A stretch of DNA of 64,000 nt from Muribaculaceae bacterium (lineage in GTDB: Bacteria; Bacteroidota; Bacteroidia; Bacteroidales; Muribaculaceae). The notes under the pieces are model-generated. The model saw only the letters and a program-made list of their open reading frames with translations. It searched no databases and was not told the DNA's origin. Location of the stretch: contig JBJEDC010000092.1 in the NCBI GenBank assembly GCA_051871645.1, positions 19,341-83,340 on the forward strand. The letters run 5' to 3'. The position numbers were made by a program, and so were the translations under genes. The first letter of the stretch is position 1. Every line of letters starts with the position of its first letter. Below are positions 19,280 to 31,142 of the stretch, one piece after another.

Positions 19280-22200
19280 ATGAAGAAAAATCTTATTGCC
19301 GGCAGCGTGCTGGCGCTGGCAGCCCTCCTCGGGAGCGGGCAGGCGTGGGCTGCACGCCTGTTCGTGGGACCTGAAGCGGCCTCGGGTAATGTCACCTTCC
19401 GCAGCATTACCTTCACCAAGGGGTCGACGGCCTTCACCGACGTCAACGCAGCTCTGGCGGCTGCTGCCGAGGGCGACGTCATTTATTTCAGCGCGGGCAA
19501 TGTCGGCGCATTCACCGTCAGCAAGAAAAACCTGATTCTTGTCGGCGCCAACGCCTGGTGCGACGGCTGGTCGGGCAAGCGCAACACGTCCGCCGAGACC
19601 AACGTCACCGGAGCCATCACCGTCAAGGCCTCGGGCTGCGTCATCAACGGCTTCCGCTTCACCGGCGCCGGACAGGTTGTCAGTGACGCCCAGCGCGGCG
19701 AGGCAAGCCGCATCGACGGCTTTACCTTTATATACAACAAGGCCGAAGCTACCTCGCTCAATAACACTACTTCGATTGTGCGTCTGGGCACGCCCTTCCG
19801 TCCCTCGTCGTCGGTAGCCGACCAAAAGGACCCCACTGTGTGGGCCGCAATCGAACGTTACAGCAACGTCGAAATCTCGCATAACTTCTTCAACGGTGCC
19901 GACGCCGACAACCAGCCGGCCTGCGTGACCGTATGCGGCTCGGGCACCAACCTCGGTGCCGCCGCCGGCACACGCATCCAGGACAATCAGTTTATTTCGG
20001 GCGGCTCGTCGGTGAACCTCTACAACACCCAGGGCGACTATGACATTTCGCAGAACCTCTTCAAGAATGTCGGCGCCGGACTGCGCAAGAGCGGCACAGC
20101 CACCGGCGAGTTCTGCATCCGCCTCTACTACGTCGGAGCCTCGAAAAGCACCGGGCAGAGCGCCAACGGACGCGTACACAACAATGTCTTCGACGGCTGC
20201 AAGGGACAGAGTTCGAAATACGCCCTCATCCGCGTCTTCTCGGGCGACAGCAACGAGACTGTCTACCAGCCGCAGAACGCCAGGCTGGCGATAATGTACA
20301 ACACCTTCAAGAACAAGACGCAGACCGACGGCACATACAACTACATCGTCTACGCCAACCAGGACAACACCACCACGATGACCACCGACTGGCGCTGGAA
20401 CAAGTACGACAACTCGGAGATGTGCATGGGCTTCATCCGTCCTGCCTGGGTGACTTACACCACCAAGGGCTCGCGCTACTTCGCCGGCAGCCAGGAGCTT
20501 TTCCGCCTGCCTTCAGGTGACGGGTCCACCTTCGGTTACTACGGCGAGAAGGATGCCAACGGAAATGTCCTCTACGGCCGGGCCACTCCCACCGGCGGTG
20601 CCGGAGGCCTCAAGGGCTGGTATTTCAACAGCAGTGTCACCGGAGGCAGTTCTATCGCAACAGTAGTCCAGAGCATGGACGTCGACGACGCCACGGGCGA
20701 CTGCTACTTCATCCAGGAAAAAACCACATCGGCAACCTCGCTTAAATCGAAATTCCCGGGTATAGACTGGACCAGCGCGGCCCATATCGTCACCCGCGTT
20801 GCAATGGGTGGCACGGAGACACAGATGTACCTGTCGCACAACGGCCATGGCTCCAACATGGCTGTGACCAATTTCAACGGCAAGCTCTACGTCGTTACCG
20901 GAGTGGAAGGTACCGACGGCGGCACCGCCGCCCGCAAAATCGGCTTCATACCCTGGAGCGCCGGAACGGCCCTCGATACCCGCGAAGGCTACAATTCGAC
21001 CATCAAGTACCTCAACAACAGCTGGAACACCGACGGCGCAGGCTACAAATATCCCGCCATCGACAACGACAACCGTCTGCTGTGCGTGGCAAGCCGCAAG
21101 GGCAACTACTATTACTACGCTATCTTCGACCTCGATGACGCATTCAACAATCCTTCTACGGTCAAGCCCATCAAGGTCTGGAAAATCGGTGTGCGCGACG
21201 GCGTAAACAAGATGTCGGGTTCGTCGCGCGCATATCTTGCCAACAACGACCAGGGCTTCCGTACCTGGGACGACCAGGGCTTTACCATCAGTGGTGACTA
21301 TATCTACCACTATGAGGGTTGCGGCAATACGAGTTCGAGCAATGCCGGAGTAAAGGTCACCGACGGCAAGGGCGTGGTAGTCGTCAATTATTTCAACTGG
21401 CGCACCGAGCAGCAGCTTTACCGCACCGCCGTGCTGGCATCGCCGATATGTTCGACCTCGACAATTTCCGGCGAGCCGGAGAGCTTCAAGGTACATCGCG
21501 ACGTCAACGGCCGTCCGTCGGCATTGATAGGAATTGTCACGGGCGTCAGCGGAGCTCGTAAATTCAACCTTTTCTCGTTTCGCCAGAAGACCAACGGCGG
21601 CACAGCCGGCGACGGCCAGGGTTACGCATACACTATTGGCGGTCACACAACGGCTGCCGACAAATCGAGTCTGTCACTCACCAGCGCAGGCGAGGCTGCC
21701 AGCCAGACCGTCACCGTCAGCAACAACGTTTATGTGCGCGGCATCACCGCCGCTATAGTCGGTGCCGACGGCCAGAGTTTCAGCGTCAGCAAGATTTCGG
21801 GGGGCGCCTCCACTACTCAGCACGTCTTCAGCGTCAGCTTCACTCCCGACCGCTACAAACGCAGCTACAGCGCATTCCTGCGCGTCTCGTCTCCCAACAC
21901 CTCCGACATCATGATTCCCCTGAGCGGCAGCTACACCGGTACCCTGGAGGGCGGCGACACTCCTCCCGTCACCAGAGGCACCATCGAGGCAACAGCCGGC
22001 ACCACCTGGCTGACCTGCCGGGCCGCCAATGACGATTTCATGAGTCAGGGCTACCGCGAGACTACAGTCACCGTCACCGCCAAAGATATCACCGGCGACA
22101 TCACGGCATCCTTCTCAGGCGACACGGACAGCGAGATGACCGTCACTCCCGCCAAGTTAGGCCCGGAAGGCGGCACATTCACCGTGCGCTACACTCCCGC

Positions 22201-22804
22201 GGTCAACCGCGGCACGGCTTATGCCAAGCCGGTCCTGACCATTTCGGCCGCCAATGCCGACCCCGTCAGTCTGACCTTCAATGTCACCTGGGACGGCACC
22301 GAGCCCAATACCGGCGGTGACGACACCCCGGGGTCAATCACTACCGACCCCGCCTCCCAGTTATGGCTCACCTGCAACGAAAACCAGAATGATTTTATGA
22401 GCCGGGGCTACCGCGAGGGCAAAATCACCGTCACTGCCACAAACGTCACCGGCAACATCACTGCCACCGTCAGCGGCGACACCGACAACGAGATGACAGT
22501 CACCCCGTCCGTTCTGGGCGCGGAAGGCGGCGCGTTTATGGTACGCTACACCCCCACCGTTGTACGCACGGGCTACCTCAAACCCGTGCTGACCATCTCG
22601 GGTGCCAATGCCGACCCTGTCGAAATCACCTGCTTTTTGACATGGAACGGCGCCAAGCCCAGCACCGGCGTCGACAGCATCGAGGCTGATGTCATCGGCG
22701 AGGCCGTCTACTACAACCTCCAGGGCGTCCGTGTCGACAATCCGGCCTCCGGTCTGTACATCCGCGTCCAGGGCGGCAAGTCCACCAAGGTAATGCTGAA
22801 ATAA
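19280..22804 (+). CDS. Large secreted multidomain protein: parallel beta-helix, TagC/phage-RBP-like propeller, Ig-like repeats, T9SS tail
   Basis: Start corrected to MKKNLIAGSVLALAALL (19280); Asn-ladder repeats (ISHNFF, IQDNQF, ISQNLF, VHNNVF, IMYNTF); two ~100-aa repeats; tail TGVDSIEAD...YYNLQGVRVDNPASGLYI. Confidence 0.8.
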   Translation: MKKNLIAGSVLALAALLGSGQAWAARLFVGPEAASGNVTFRSITFTKGSTAFTDVNAALAAAAEGDVIYFSAGNVGAFTVSKKNLILVGANAWCDGWSGKRNTSAETNVTGAITVKASGCVINGFRFTGAGQVVSDAQRGEASRIDGFTFIYNKAEATSLNNTTSIVRLGTPFRPSSSVADQKDPTVWAAIERYSNVEISHNFFNGADADNQPACVTVCGSGTNLGAAAGTRIQDNQFISGGSSVNLYNTQGDYDISQNLFKNVGAGLRKSGTATGEFCIRLYYVGASKSTGQSANGRVHNNVFDGCKGQSSKYALIRVFSGDSNETVYQPQNARLAIMYNTFKNKTQTDGTYNYIVYANQDNTTTMTTDWRWNKYDNSEMCMGFIRPAWVTYTTKGSRYFAGSQELFRLPSGDGSTFGYYGEKDANGNVLYGRATPTGGAGGLKGWYFNSSVTGGSSIATVVQSMDVDDATGDCYFIQEKTTSATSLKSKFPGIDWTSAAHIVTRVAMGGTETQMYLSHNGHGSNMAVTNFNGKLYVVTGVEGTDGGTAARKIGFIPWSAGTALDTREGYNSTIKYLNNSWNTDGAGYKYPAIDNDNRLLCVASRKGNYYYYAIFDLDDAFNNPSTVKPIKVWKIGVRDGVNKMSGSSRAYLANNDQGFRTWDDQGFTISGDYIYHYEGCGNTSSSNAGVKVTDGKGVVVVNYFNWRTEQQLYRTAVLASPICSTSTISGEPESFKVHRDVNGRPSALIGIVTGVSGARKFNLFSFRQKTNGGTAGDGQGYAYTIGGHTTAADKSSLSLTSAGEAASQTVTVSNNVYVRGITAAIVGADGQSFSVSKISGGASTTQHVFSVSFTPDRYKRSYSAFLRVSSPNTSDIMIPLSGSYTGTLEGGDTPPVTRGTIEATAGTTWLTCRAANDDFMSQGYRETTVTVTAKDITGDITASFSGDTDSEMTVTPAKLGPEGGTFTVRYTPAVNRGTAYAKPVLTISAANADPVSLTFNVTWDGTEPNTGGDDTPGSITTDPASQLWLTCNENQNDFMSRGYREGKITVTATNVTGNITATVSGDTDNEMTVTPSVLGAEGGAFMVRYTPTVVRTGYLKPVLTISGANADPVEITCFLTWNGAKPSTGVDSIEADVIGEAVYYNLQGVRVDNPASGLYIRVQGGKSTKVMLK

Positions 22805-22807
22805 TAT

Positions 22808-22869
22808 TTTACCTCCATAAAAAACCGGTGACTGGATATTTTCAGCCACCGGTTTTTTATGGAGGTAAA
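22808..22869. terminator. Bidirectional terminator, 23-bp perfect arms
   Basis: TTTACCTCCATAAAAAACCGGTG...CACCGGTTTTTTATGGAGGTAAA between convergent genes. Confidence 0.88.
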
Positions 22870-22872
22870 TGC

Positions 22873-24657
22873 TTATCGGACGGATATTTTTGCGGTGCGG
22901 GTGCCCTGGCGGACGATGTAGAGGCCGGGGGCGAGAGTTGCGGCGGTGACGTTGACGGCGATGGTTGTGCCGGCGACGGTATAGACGGTGACGGGGGCGC
23001 CGAGGGCGGTGAGGACGCCGCCGACGACGGTGAAGAAAGCCGTCGTGCCATCGGTGATGCCGTCAACTCCGGCGTAGGTGCTGTTGAGGCGGACGGTGGC
23101 GGTGTTGCCGCTGTCGTCGATTTTGAAGACTACCCGGGCCACGTGGCCGTCGAAGAAGATGTTCTGCGACTGGTAGCCGGCAATCATGGGCTGGTCCCGG
23201 TCGAGCGTCATGCGGATGTCTTTAGTGGCGCCGCCCCAGTTGTTGACGCCCCAGTCCTTGTCGGCAATTTTGAAGCACTCCCTGAGGTCGATGTCGGTAA
23301 GCTCGTAGACACCCGGGATGGCTGTCGTGCGCAGCTCGCAGTCGGCGTCGGCGGCCCAGCCGCTGTGGACGCCGCGCACGTAGATGCCCGAGGGCATGCC
23401 GGGAAGCGAGCTCATGCCCCAGCGTTTCGACAGCATGGCCACGCGCGATTTCAGGTAGCCCTTGATGGTCTCGGTCTTGCCTTTGACGTTGTCGGTGCCG
23501 TAGCCCTTGTCGGCCCAGCGCTCGTGGTCTTTCACGGCTGCCTCGCCAATTTCCGCGGCAAAGCCGTCGAGGTAGGCGCAGAGGTCGTCGAGGTCACCCG
23601 TGACGAAATTGCGGAAGATTTCCCTGTAGGCGTCCTGGAAGTCGGTGAACTTGACAATCTGCTCAATCCATGTCTGGCCGTAAGGGGCGTTTTCATAAAT
23701 CAGCCGGTCGTGGCCGGTACGGTTGTAGGTGTTGCCGAAGTCCCAGACGGGACCCCACACCCACTTTTTGTCGGCGCCGCGGTCGCGGTGCAGATAGCAG
23801 CTGCCGTGGAACGACTCGGCGCCGTCCATCAGCTCCTGGATGACGTAGAACGTGGCCAGCGAGCGGATGTCGACCAGCTTCTGCCAGTCCTTATTGGCAG
23901 GGTCCTGCTGATAGAAAGCCTTGTCGATGGCTTTCATCTGGGCCGTCAGCCACGCCTCCTGCTCAGGGGTCACGGCCTCGGGGCTCTTGTGGGTGACGCG
24001 GATGTCGGCGCCGTTGCTCTCCTTGAACTTAATCTGCTCGGACGGGTCCTCGTCGTAGTTGTCAATCTCGCAGAGCCAGCCGCCGGAGATGTCCGACGAG
24101 GTGCCGGAGGTCTCGGCTTCGTCCTCCTGGTCGAAGACGTTGACGCGGTCCTTGTCGACGCGGATTTGCTCGACAAGAAAGTACAGGCCGATGTAGTCGC
24201 CGTTGAGGACGACCTCGACGGGCTTCATGTCGGGCGTCCATGCCAGGCCGAGGCGTCTGGAGAGCCAGAAGCCCATAGGCTCGCGCATAAAGCCCAGGTC
24301 GTCATCGGCATGGGCGAGCAGGGTGAAGTGCTTGCTCTTCTTCATGCCCATGAGGGCGGCCTTTTTGGTGAGCTTGAGGCGGTAAGGCTTCTTTTCAAAG
24401 CCCCACCAGGTGTAGTTGCCGCGGCCGCGGATTTCGGTCTGGCCGCTCATGTCCTCGACGCCTTCGGTGCCGTTGGCGGCGAGGGTGTAGGTGGCCATGG
24501 CGTAAGGCTCGGTCTTGGCCGGAACGGGAACGCGGTTTTCGGTTTCGATGGTGAGCAGGGGCAGAGTGCCCGAGGGCGTGACCGCCCCTGCGGCAAAAGC
24601 CGCAATAAGTGAGACGAGGCATACAACCCCGCGTAAAAGATGAGATACGTGTTTCAA
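22873..24657 (-). CDS. CotH kinase family protein, secreted
   Basis: IRGRGNYTW, KKPYRLKL, VEVVLNGDYIGLYFL, GPVWDFG; C-terminal T9SS-like tail (APGLYIVRQGTRTAKISVR); TTG start. Confidence 0.88.
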   Translation of the reverse strand: MKHVSHLLRGVVCLVSLIAAFAAGAVTPSGTLPLLTIETENRVPVPAKTEPYAMATYTLAANGTEGVEDMSGQTEIRGRGNYTWWGFEKKPYRLKLTKKAALMGMKKSKHFTLLAHADDDLGFMREPMGFWLSRRLGLAWTPDMKPVEVVLNGDYIGLYFLVEQIRVDKDRVNVFDQEDEAETSGTSSDISGGWLCEIDNYDEDPSEQIKFKESNGADIRVTHKSPEAVTPEQEAWLTAQMKAIDKAFYQQDPANKDWQKLVDIRSLATFYVIQELMDGAESFHGSCYLHRDRGADKKWVWGPVWDFGNTYNRTGHDRLIYENAPYGQTWIEQIVKFTDFQDAYREIFRNFVTGDLDDLCAYLDGFAAEIGEAAVKDHERWADKGYGTDNVKGKTETIKGYLKSRVAMLSKRWGMSSLPGMPSGIYVRGVHSGWAADADCELRTTAIPGVYELTDIDLRECFKIADKDWGVNNWGGATKDIRMTLDRDQPMIAGYQSQNIFFDGHVARVVFKIDDSGNTATVRLNSTYAGVDGITDGTTAFFTVVGGVLTALGAPVTVYTVAGTTIAVNVTAATLAPGLYIVRQGTRTAKISVR

Positions 24658-24659
24658 GA

Positions 24660-26924
<2,265 letters not shown>

Positions 26925-27096
26925 TTAAAAAAGAAATCGCACTCTTGAAAAGGAAAGCACATTATTAAAGGTGAAAATATACCGGGAAAAGGGCCCGATA
27001 TAGCCAACCCCCGCCCTTAAAAGTTAAATATTGTTAATCACAAACATTTTCTCGGTCAAAAATTATGTTTTAAAACATAAAACGTATACCTTTGCA

Positions 27097-27164
27097 ACAG
27101 TTTTTCATGGTATTAGATTTAAGGTAAGAAGATTATTCGTCGTGACGACGGGTAATTTTTTTTT
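27097..27164 (+). ncRNA. Candidate ~68-nt small RNA
   Basis: TACCTTTG box at 27087-27094 directly upstream; AU-rich single-stranded 5' part; hairpin ATTATTCGTCG/CGACGGGTAAT followed by a T9 tract; no ORF. Confidence 0.65.
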
Positions 27165-27220
27165 GTGCCTGCCCAAAACAACATCCTACACATCCTTCAC
27201 ATTCAAAACATCAAAGCTCG

Positions 27221-27457
27221 TCACGGATTATACAAGTCCCTGTCAAAAAAGTCCATGATGTCGTTGGCCATCTCCAGCGCCGCCTTGGCCGGAGACCCCG
27301 GGTCGAGCGACAGGGAAATGTTGTATTCGGTCATGGCCTCGCCGCGGCGGCCTTGCTGCCACAGGCTGCGCCCGAGCTGATAGTGACGCAGGGCCTCGGC
27401 CTTCTGCCCGGCGGTGATTTTTATGCTGTCGGCGCCTTCCTTTTGTTCTTTGCTCAT
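27221..27457 (-). CDS. Small TPR protein
   Basis: HYQLGRSLWQQGRRGEAMTEYNISLSLDPGSPA...IMDFFDRDLYNP. Confidence 0.85.
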   Translation of the reverse strand: MSKEQKEGADSIKITAGQKAEALRHYQLGRSLWQQGRRGEAMTEYNISLSLDPGSPAKAALEMANDIMDFFDRDLYNP

Positions 27458-27544
27458 ATTTTTGTAATTTTGGCAGTTGTAAATGCAATTGTTGTATTTA
27501 CAAAGTTAGCAACAAAACTTCAACCGACAAAACCGACTACAGAT

Positions 27545-28825
27545 ATGAAATTCCGCGTCATCACAGCCGCCCTGCTCATGGTCGCCGTAAGCATGGCCAC
27601 CGCTTTTGCCGCCGACCCGACGGCCACCGAATACAGCATGGCGCAGTGCGAGGGCTCACTAACCCCGTATCCTACCGACGTGCGCAACGTGCAGACCCCC
27701 GACAGCCTCGTCCCCGTCTACCTGAGCCATGTAGGACGCCACGGCGCGCGCTATCCGGCCTCGGCAGCCAATACGCTGAAGATGCGTGACGCACTTCTGC
27801 GCGCCGACAGCGTGGGCACCATCACTCCGCTGGGCCGCGACCTGCTGAAGCTCTGCGGACAGGTGATAAGCGTAAGCACCAACCGCTGGGGCGCCCTCGA
27901 CTCGCTGGGCATGAGCGAGCAGCGCGCCATAGCCTCGCGCATGCTGGGTTGCTATCCCGAGCTGTTCACCAACGGCACCATCAACGCCATCTCGTCGTAT
28001 TCGCCCCGCGCGATGATGTCGATGTACAGCTTCGTCCACCAACTCGACCGCCTCAACAACAAACTCGAGTTCATCACCTCCACGGGTCGCATGAACTCCA
28101 CGCTGATGCGCCCCTTCGACTTTGACGAGTACAAGGACTGGCGCAACGCCGGATACTGGAAAGAGCCGTACGGCGAATATTTCAGACAGCATTGTCCCGT
28201 CACCGCCATCACCCGTGTCCTCGGCCGTGATTTCCCCTTCGGCGACACCGACGCCGCCCGCGACCTGGCCATCACCGAATACTACGTCCTGGCAGGACTA
28301 CAGGCTATGGAGATGCCCTCGCAGATGAGCAAATATTTTAACGAAGCCGAGGCAAACGCCCTGTGGAGCTGCTTCAACCTGCGCCAGTACCTGCAGCGCA
28401 CGGCCTCGACAGTGCAGGACGGAAGCGTTCCCGCCGACATCGCCGGACAGCTTCTGCTGGACATCATCACCAGGGCTGAGCAGGCACTGGCAGGCCAGAA
28501 CCCCGCCGTCGTCGACCTACGTTTCGGACACGCCGAGACGCTGATGCCGCTGCTGTCGCTGATGCGTATCCCCGGGTGTCGCTACCTCACCAACTATTTC
28601 GACACCGTCGGCGCAAACTGGCGCGACTGGCAGGTGGTGCCCATGGCCGCCAATCTGCAGATAATCCTGTTCAAGGAAAAGAAGTCGGGCCGCATCTACT
28701 GTCGCGCCGACCTCAACGAGCGTCCCGTCACTCTCATCGCCGGTGACAAGCGCTTGTATATTCCCTGGCCCGAGATCCGCAACCACCTGATGAACCTCGT
28801 GCCCATGCACCTCACCGTCGACTGA
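27545..28825 (+). CDS. Histidine acid phosphatase (phytase/Minpp-like), exported
   Basis: RHGARYP and FGHAET motifs, PMAANLQ; start MKFRVIT at 27545. Confidence 0.9.
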   Translation: MKFRVITAALLMVAVSMATAFAADPTATEYSMAQCEGSLTPYPTDVRNVQTPDSLVPVYLSHVGRHGARYPASAANTLKMRDALLRADSVGTITPLGRDLLKLCGQVISVSTNRWGALDSLGMSEQRAIASRMLGCYPELFTNGTINAISSYSPRAMMSMYSFVHQLDRLNNKLEFITSTGRMNSTLMRPFDFDEYKDWRNAGYWKEPYGEYFRQHCPVTAITRVLGRDFPFGDTDAARDLAITEYYVLAGLQAMEMPSQMSKYFNEAEANALWSCFNLRQYLQRTASTVQDGSVPADIAGQLLLDIITRAEQALAGQNPAVVDLRFGHAETLMPLLSLMRIPGCRYLTNYFDTVGANWRDWQVVPMAANLQIILFKEKKSGRIYCRADLNERPVTLIAGDKRLYIPWPEIRNHLMNLVPMHLTVD

Positions 28826-28853
28826 CGGATTAACCCGAACCAATCATACTGCA

Positions 28854-29636
28854 ATGTTCAAGATATTAGAAAAAGAATACTTCAGCCCCAAGGTCGTGCG
28901 TCTTGAGGTCGAGGCGCCCCTCATCGCCCGCTCTCGCCGTGCGGGTCACTTCGTGATTGTGCGTTGCGGCGACAAGGGCGAGCGCATCCCCCTCACCATC
29001 GCCGACTCGGATGTCGAGCGCGGCACCATAACGCTTGTCGTGCAGGCCGTGGGCGAGAGCACAACCGCCATCTGCGCCCTTGAGCCAGGCGACTGCCTTA
29101 CCGATGTCGTGGGTCCCCTCGGCCAGGCGACGCACATCGCCAGATTCGGCACCGTGGTATGCTGTGGCGGCGGCGTGGGCGTGGCTCCGCTGCTGCCTAT
29201 CATCAAGGCCATGAAAGAGGCCGGAAATCGCGTGATCAGCGTGCTGGCGGCGCGTACCAAGGGCCTGATTATCCTTGAGGACCAGGTGCGCGAATACTCC
29301 GACGAGCTGATTATCATGACCGATGACGGCTCGTACGGCCAGAAAGGCCTGGTGACGCAGGGCGTCGAGCAGGTCATCCTGCGCGAGCATGTCGACATGG
29401 CTGTCACCATCGGCCCGGCAATCATGATGAAGTTTGTGTCGCTGCTGACCAAGAAATATAATGTGCCCACCATGTGCTCGCTAAATACCATCATGGTCGA
29501 CGGCACTGGCATGTGCGGCGCCTGCCGCGTAACCGTAGGCGGCAAGACCCGCTTTGTCTGCGTGGACGGTCCCGAGTTCGACGCCCATCAGGTGGACTTT
29601 GACGAGATGATGATGCGTTTGCGCTCGTACAACTGA
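28854..29636 (+). CDS. Ferredoxin-NADP reductase subunit (NfnA/SudB/PyrK-like)
   Basis: GERIPLTI, GPLG, GGGVGVAP, TDDGSYG, MVDGTGMCGACRV...CVDGPEF. Confidence 0.9.
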   Translation: MFKILEKEYFSPKVVRLEVEAPLIARSRRAGHFVIVRCGDKGERIPLTIADSDVERGTITLVVQAVGESTTAICALEPGDCLTDVVGPLGQATHIARFGTVVCCGGGVGVAPLLPIIKAMKEAGNRVISVLAARTKGLIILEDQVREYSDELIIMTDDGSYGQKGLVTQGVEQVILREHVDMAVTIGPAIMMKFVSLLTKKYNVPTMCSLNTIMVDGTGMCGACRVTVGGKTRFVCVDGPEFDAHQVDFDEMMMRLRSYN

Positions 29637-29651
29637 AAAATCAGAACCGCA

Positions 29652-31118
29652 ATGGAAGAAAAAGATATCACCGCCCGCGACGCCCGTTGGCGCGTCGACT
29701 TGCGCGAGGCCCTCAGCGCCCGAGAGCGCACGGCCATTCCCCGCGCCACTATGCCCGAGCTCGACCCGGCCTACCGCATCACCTGCAACGAGGAGGTCCA
29801 GCAAGGCCTCACGCCCGAGCAGGCCGTCACCGAGGCCACTCGCTGCCTTGACTGCCCTGACCCCGGCTGCATGAAGGGCTGTCCCGTGAGCATCAACATC
29901 CCCGCATTTGTCAAGAACATACAGCGCGGCCATAACGGCGACGCCGCCCGAGTTCTGCGCATGACCAGCACCCTCCCCGCCGTCTGCGGACGCGTATGCC
30001 CGCAGGAGCGTCAGTGCGAGAGCCAGTGCCTGTATGTGAAGATGAAGAAGCCCGCCGTTGCCATAGGCTGGCTCGAGCGTTTCGCCGCCGACCACGGTTC
30101 GGATGAGGCCTTTGCCACGCAGGAGCGGCCCGCCTCCAACGGCCGCCGCATCGCCGTAGCGGGTTCCGGCCCCGCCGGACTGTCATTTGCCGGCACGATG
30201 GCCGCACTGGGTTATGACGTCACCGTCTACGAGGCTCTGCACCAGATTGGCGGCGTGCTCAAGTACGGTATTCCCGAATTCCGCCTGCCCAACGACGTTG
30301 TCGACCGCGAGATTGAGGCCATGCGACGCAACGGCGTACACTTCGTGAGCGATGTAGTGATAGGCAAGACCCTTGGCTACGATGACCTGCTAAACGAGGG
30401 TTACGACGGCATCTTCGTGGCCTCCGGCGCCGGTCTGCCCCGCTTCATGGGCATCCCCGGCGAGAACCTTATCGGCGTGATGTCGTCCAATGAATATCTC
30501 ACGCGCATCAACCTCATGGGCGCCGGCCGTCCCGGCTACGCTACCCCCGTGCGGCATGGGAAGCGCGTCGCCGTCATCGGCGGCGGCAATACCGCCATGG
30601 ACTCGGTGCGCACTGCCCTGCGCAACGGCGCCGAGAAGGCGATGATTGTCTACCGCCGCAGCGAGGCCGAGATGCCTGCCCGTCTCGAGGAGGTGCATCA
30701 CGCAAAGCAGGAGGGCGTCGAATTCATGACGCTGCACAACCCCGAAGCCTACATCGGCGACGAGAAGGGACAGGTCAAGGCCATGGTCCTCCGCCGCATG
30801 ACCCTCGGCGAGCCCGATGCCAGCGGACGCCGCAGCCCCGTGCCCGTTCCGGGAGAAGAGGGTCAGGTGACGGTTCCTGTCGACGAGGTAATCGTGAGCG
30901 TCGGCGTTTCGCCCAATCCTCTTATCCCCAACAGCTTCAACGGCCTGGACATCACCGGTCGCGGCACTATCGCCGTCGACGAGCATCTGCAGAGCTCAAT
31001 AGCCACGGTATATGCCGGCGGCGACATCGTCCGCGGTGGCGCTACCGTCATCCTCGCCATGGGCGACGGACGCCGCGCCGCTGAGGAGATGCACGCCCGC
31101 CTGTCGCAGCAGGGCTGA
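29652..31118 (+). CDS. NADPH-dependent oxidoreductase of GltD fold (NfnB/SudA-like)
   Basis: EATRCLDC..PGCMKGCPV, CGRVCPQERQCE, GSGPAG, YGIPEFRL, GGGNTAMD, GGATVILAMGDG. Confidence 0.9.
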   Translation: MEEKDITARDARWRVDLREALSARERTAIPRATMPELDPAYRITCNEEVQQGLTPEQAVTEATRCLDCPDPGCMKGCPVSINIPAFVKNIQRGHNGDAARVLRMTSTLPAVCGRVCPQERQCESQCLYVKMKKPAVAIGWLERFAADHGSDEAFATQERPASNGRRIAVAGSGPAGLSFAGTMAALGYDVTVYEALHQIGGVLKYGIPEFRLPNDVVDREIEAMRRNGVHFVSDVVIGKTLGYDDLLNEGYDGIFVASGAGLPRFMGIPGENLIGVMSSNEYLTRINLMGAGRPGYATPVRHGKRVAVIGGGNTAMDSVRTALRNGAEKAMIVYRRSEAEMPARLEEVHHAKQEGVEFMTLHNPEAYIGDEKGQVKAMVLRRMTLGEPDASGRRSPVPVPGEEGQVTVPVDEVIVSVGVSPNPLIPNSFNGLDITGRGTIAVDEHLQSSIATVYAGGDIVRGGATVILAMGDGRRAAEEMHARLSQQG

Positions 31119-31142
31119 GCGGCCCCGGCAAATTTAGCGGCC

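Noticed and set aside
19280-22804. Prophage, suggested by the RBP-like domain
   Set aside because: The domain sits in a signal-peptide/T9SS protein and no phage structural, integrase or replication genes are nearby.
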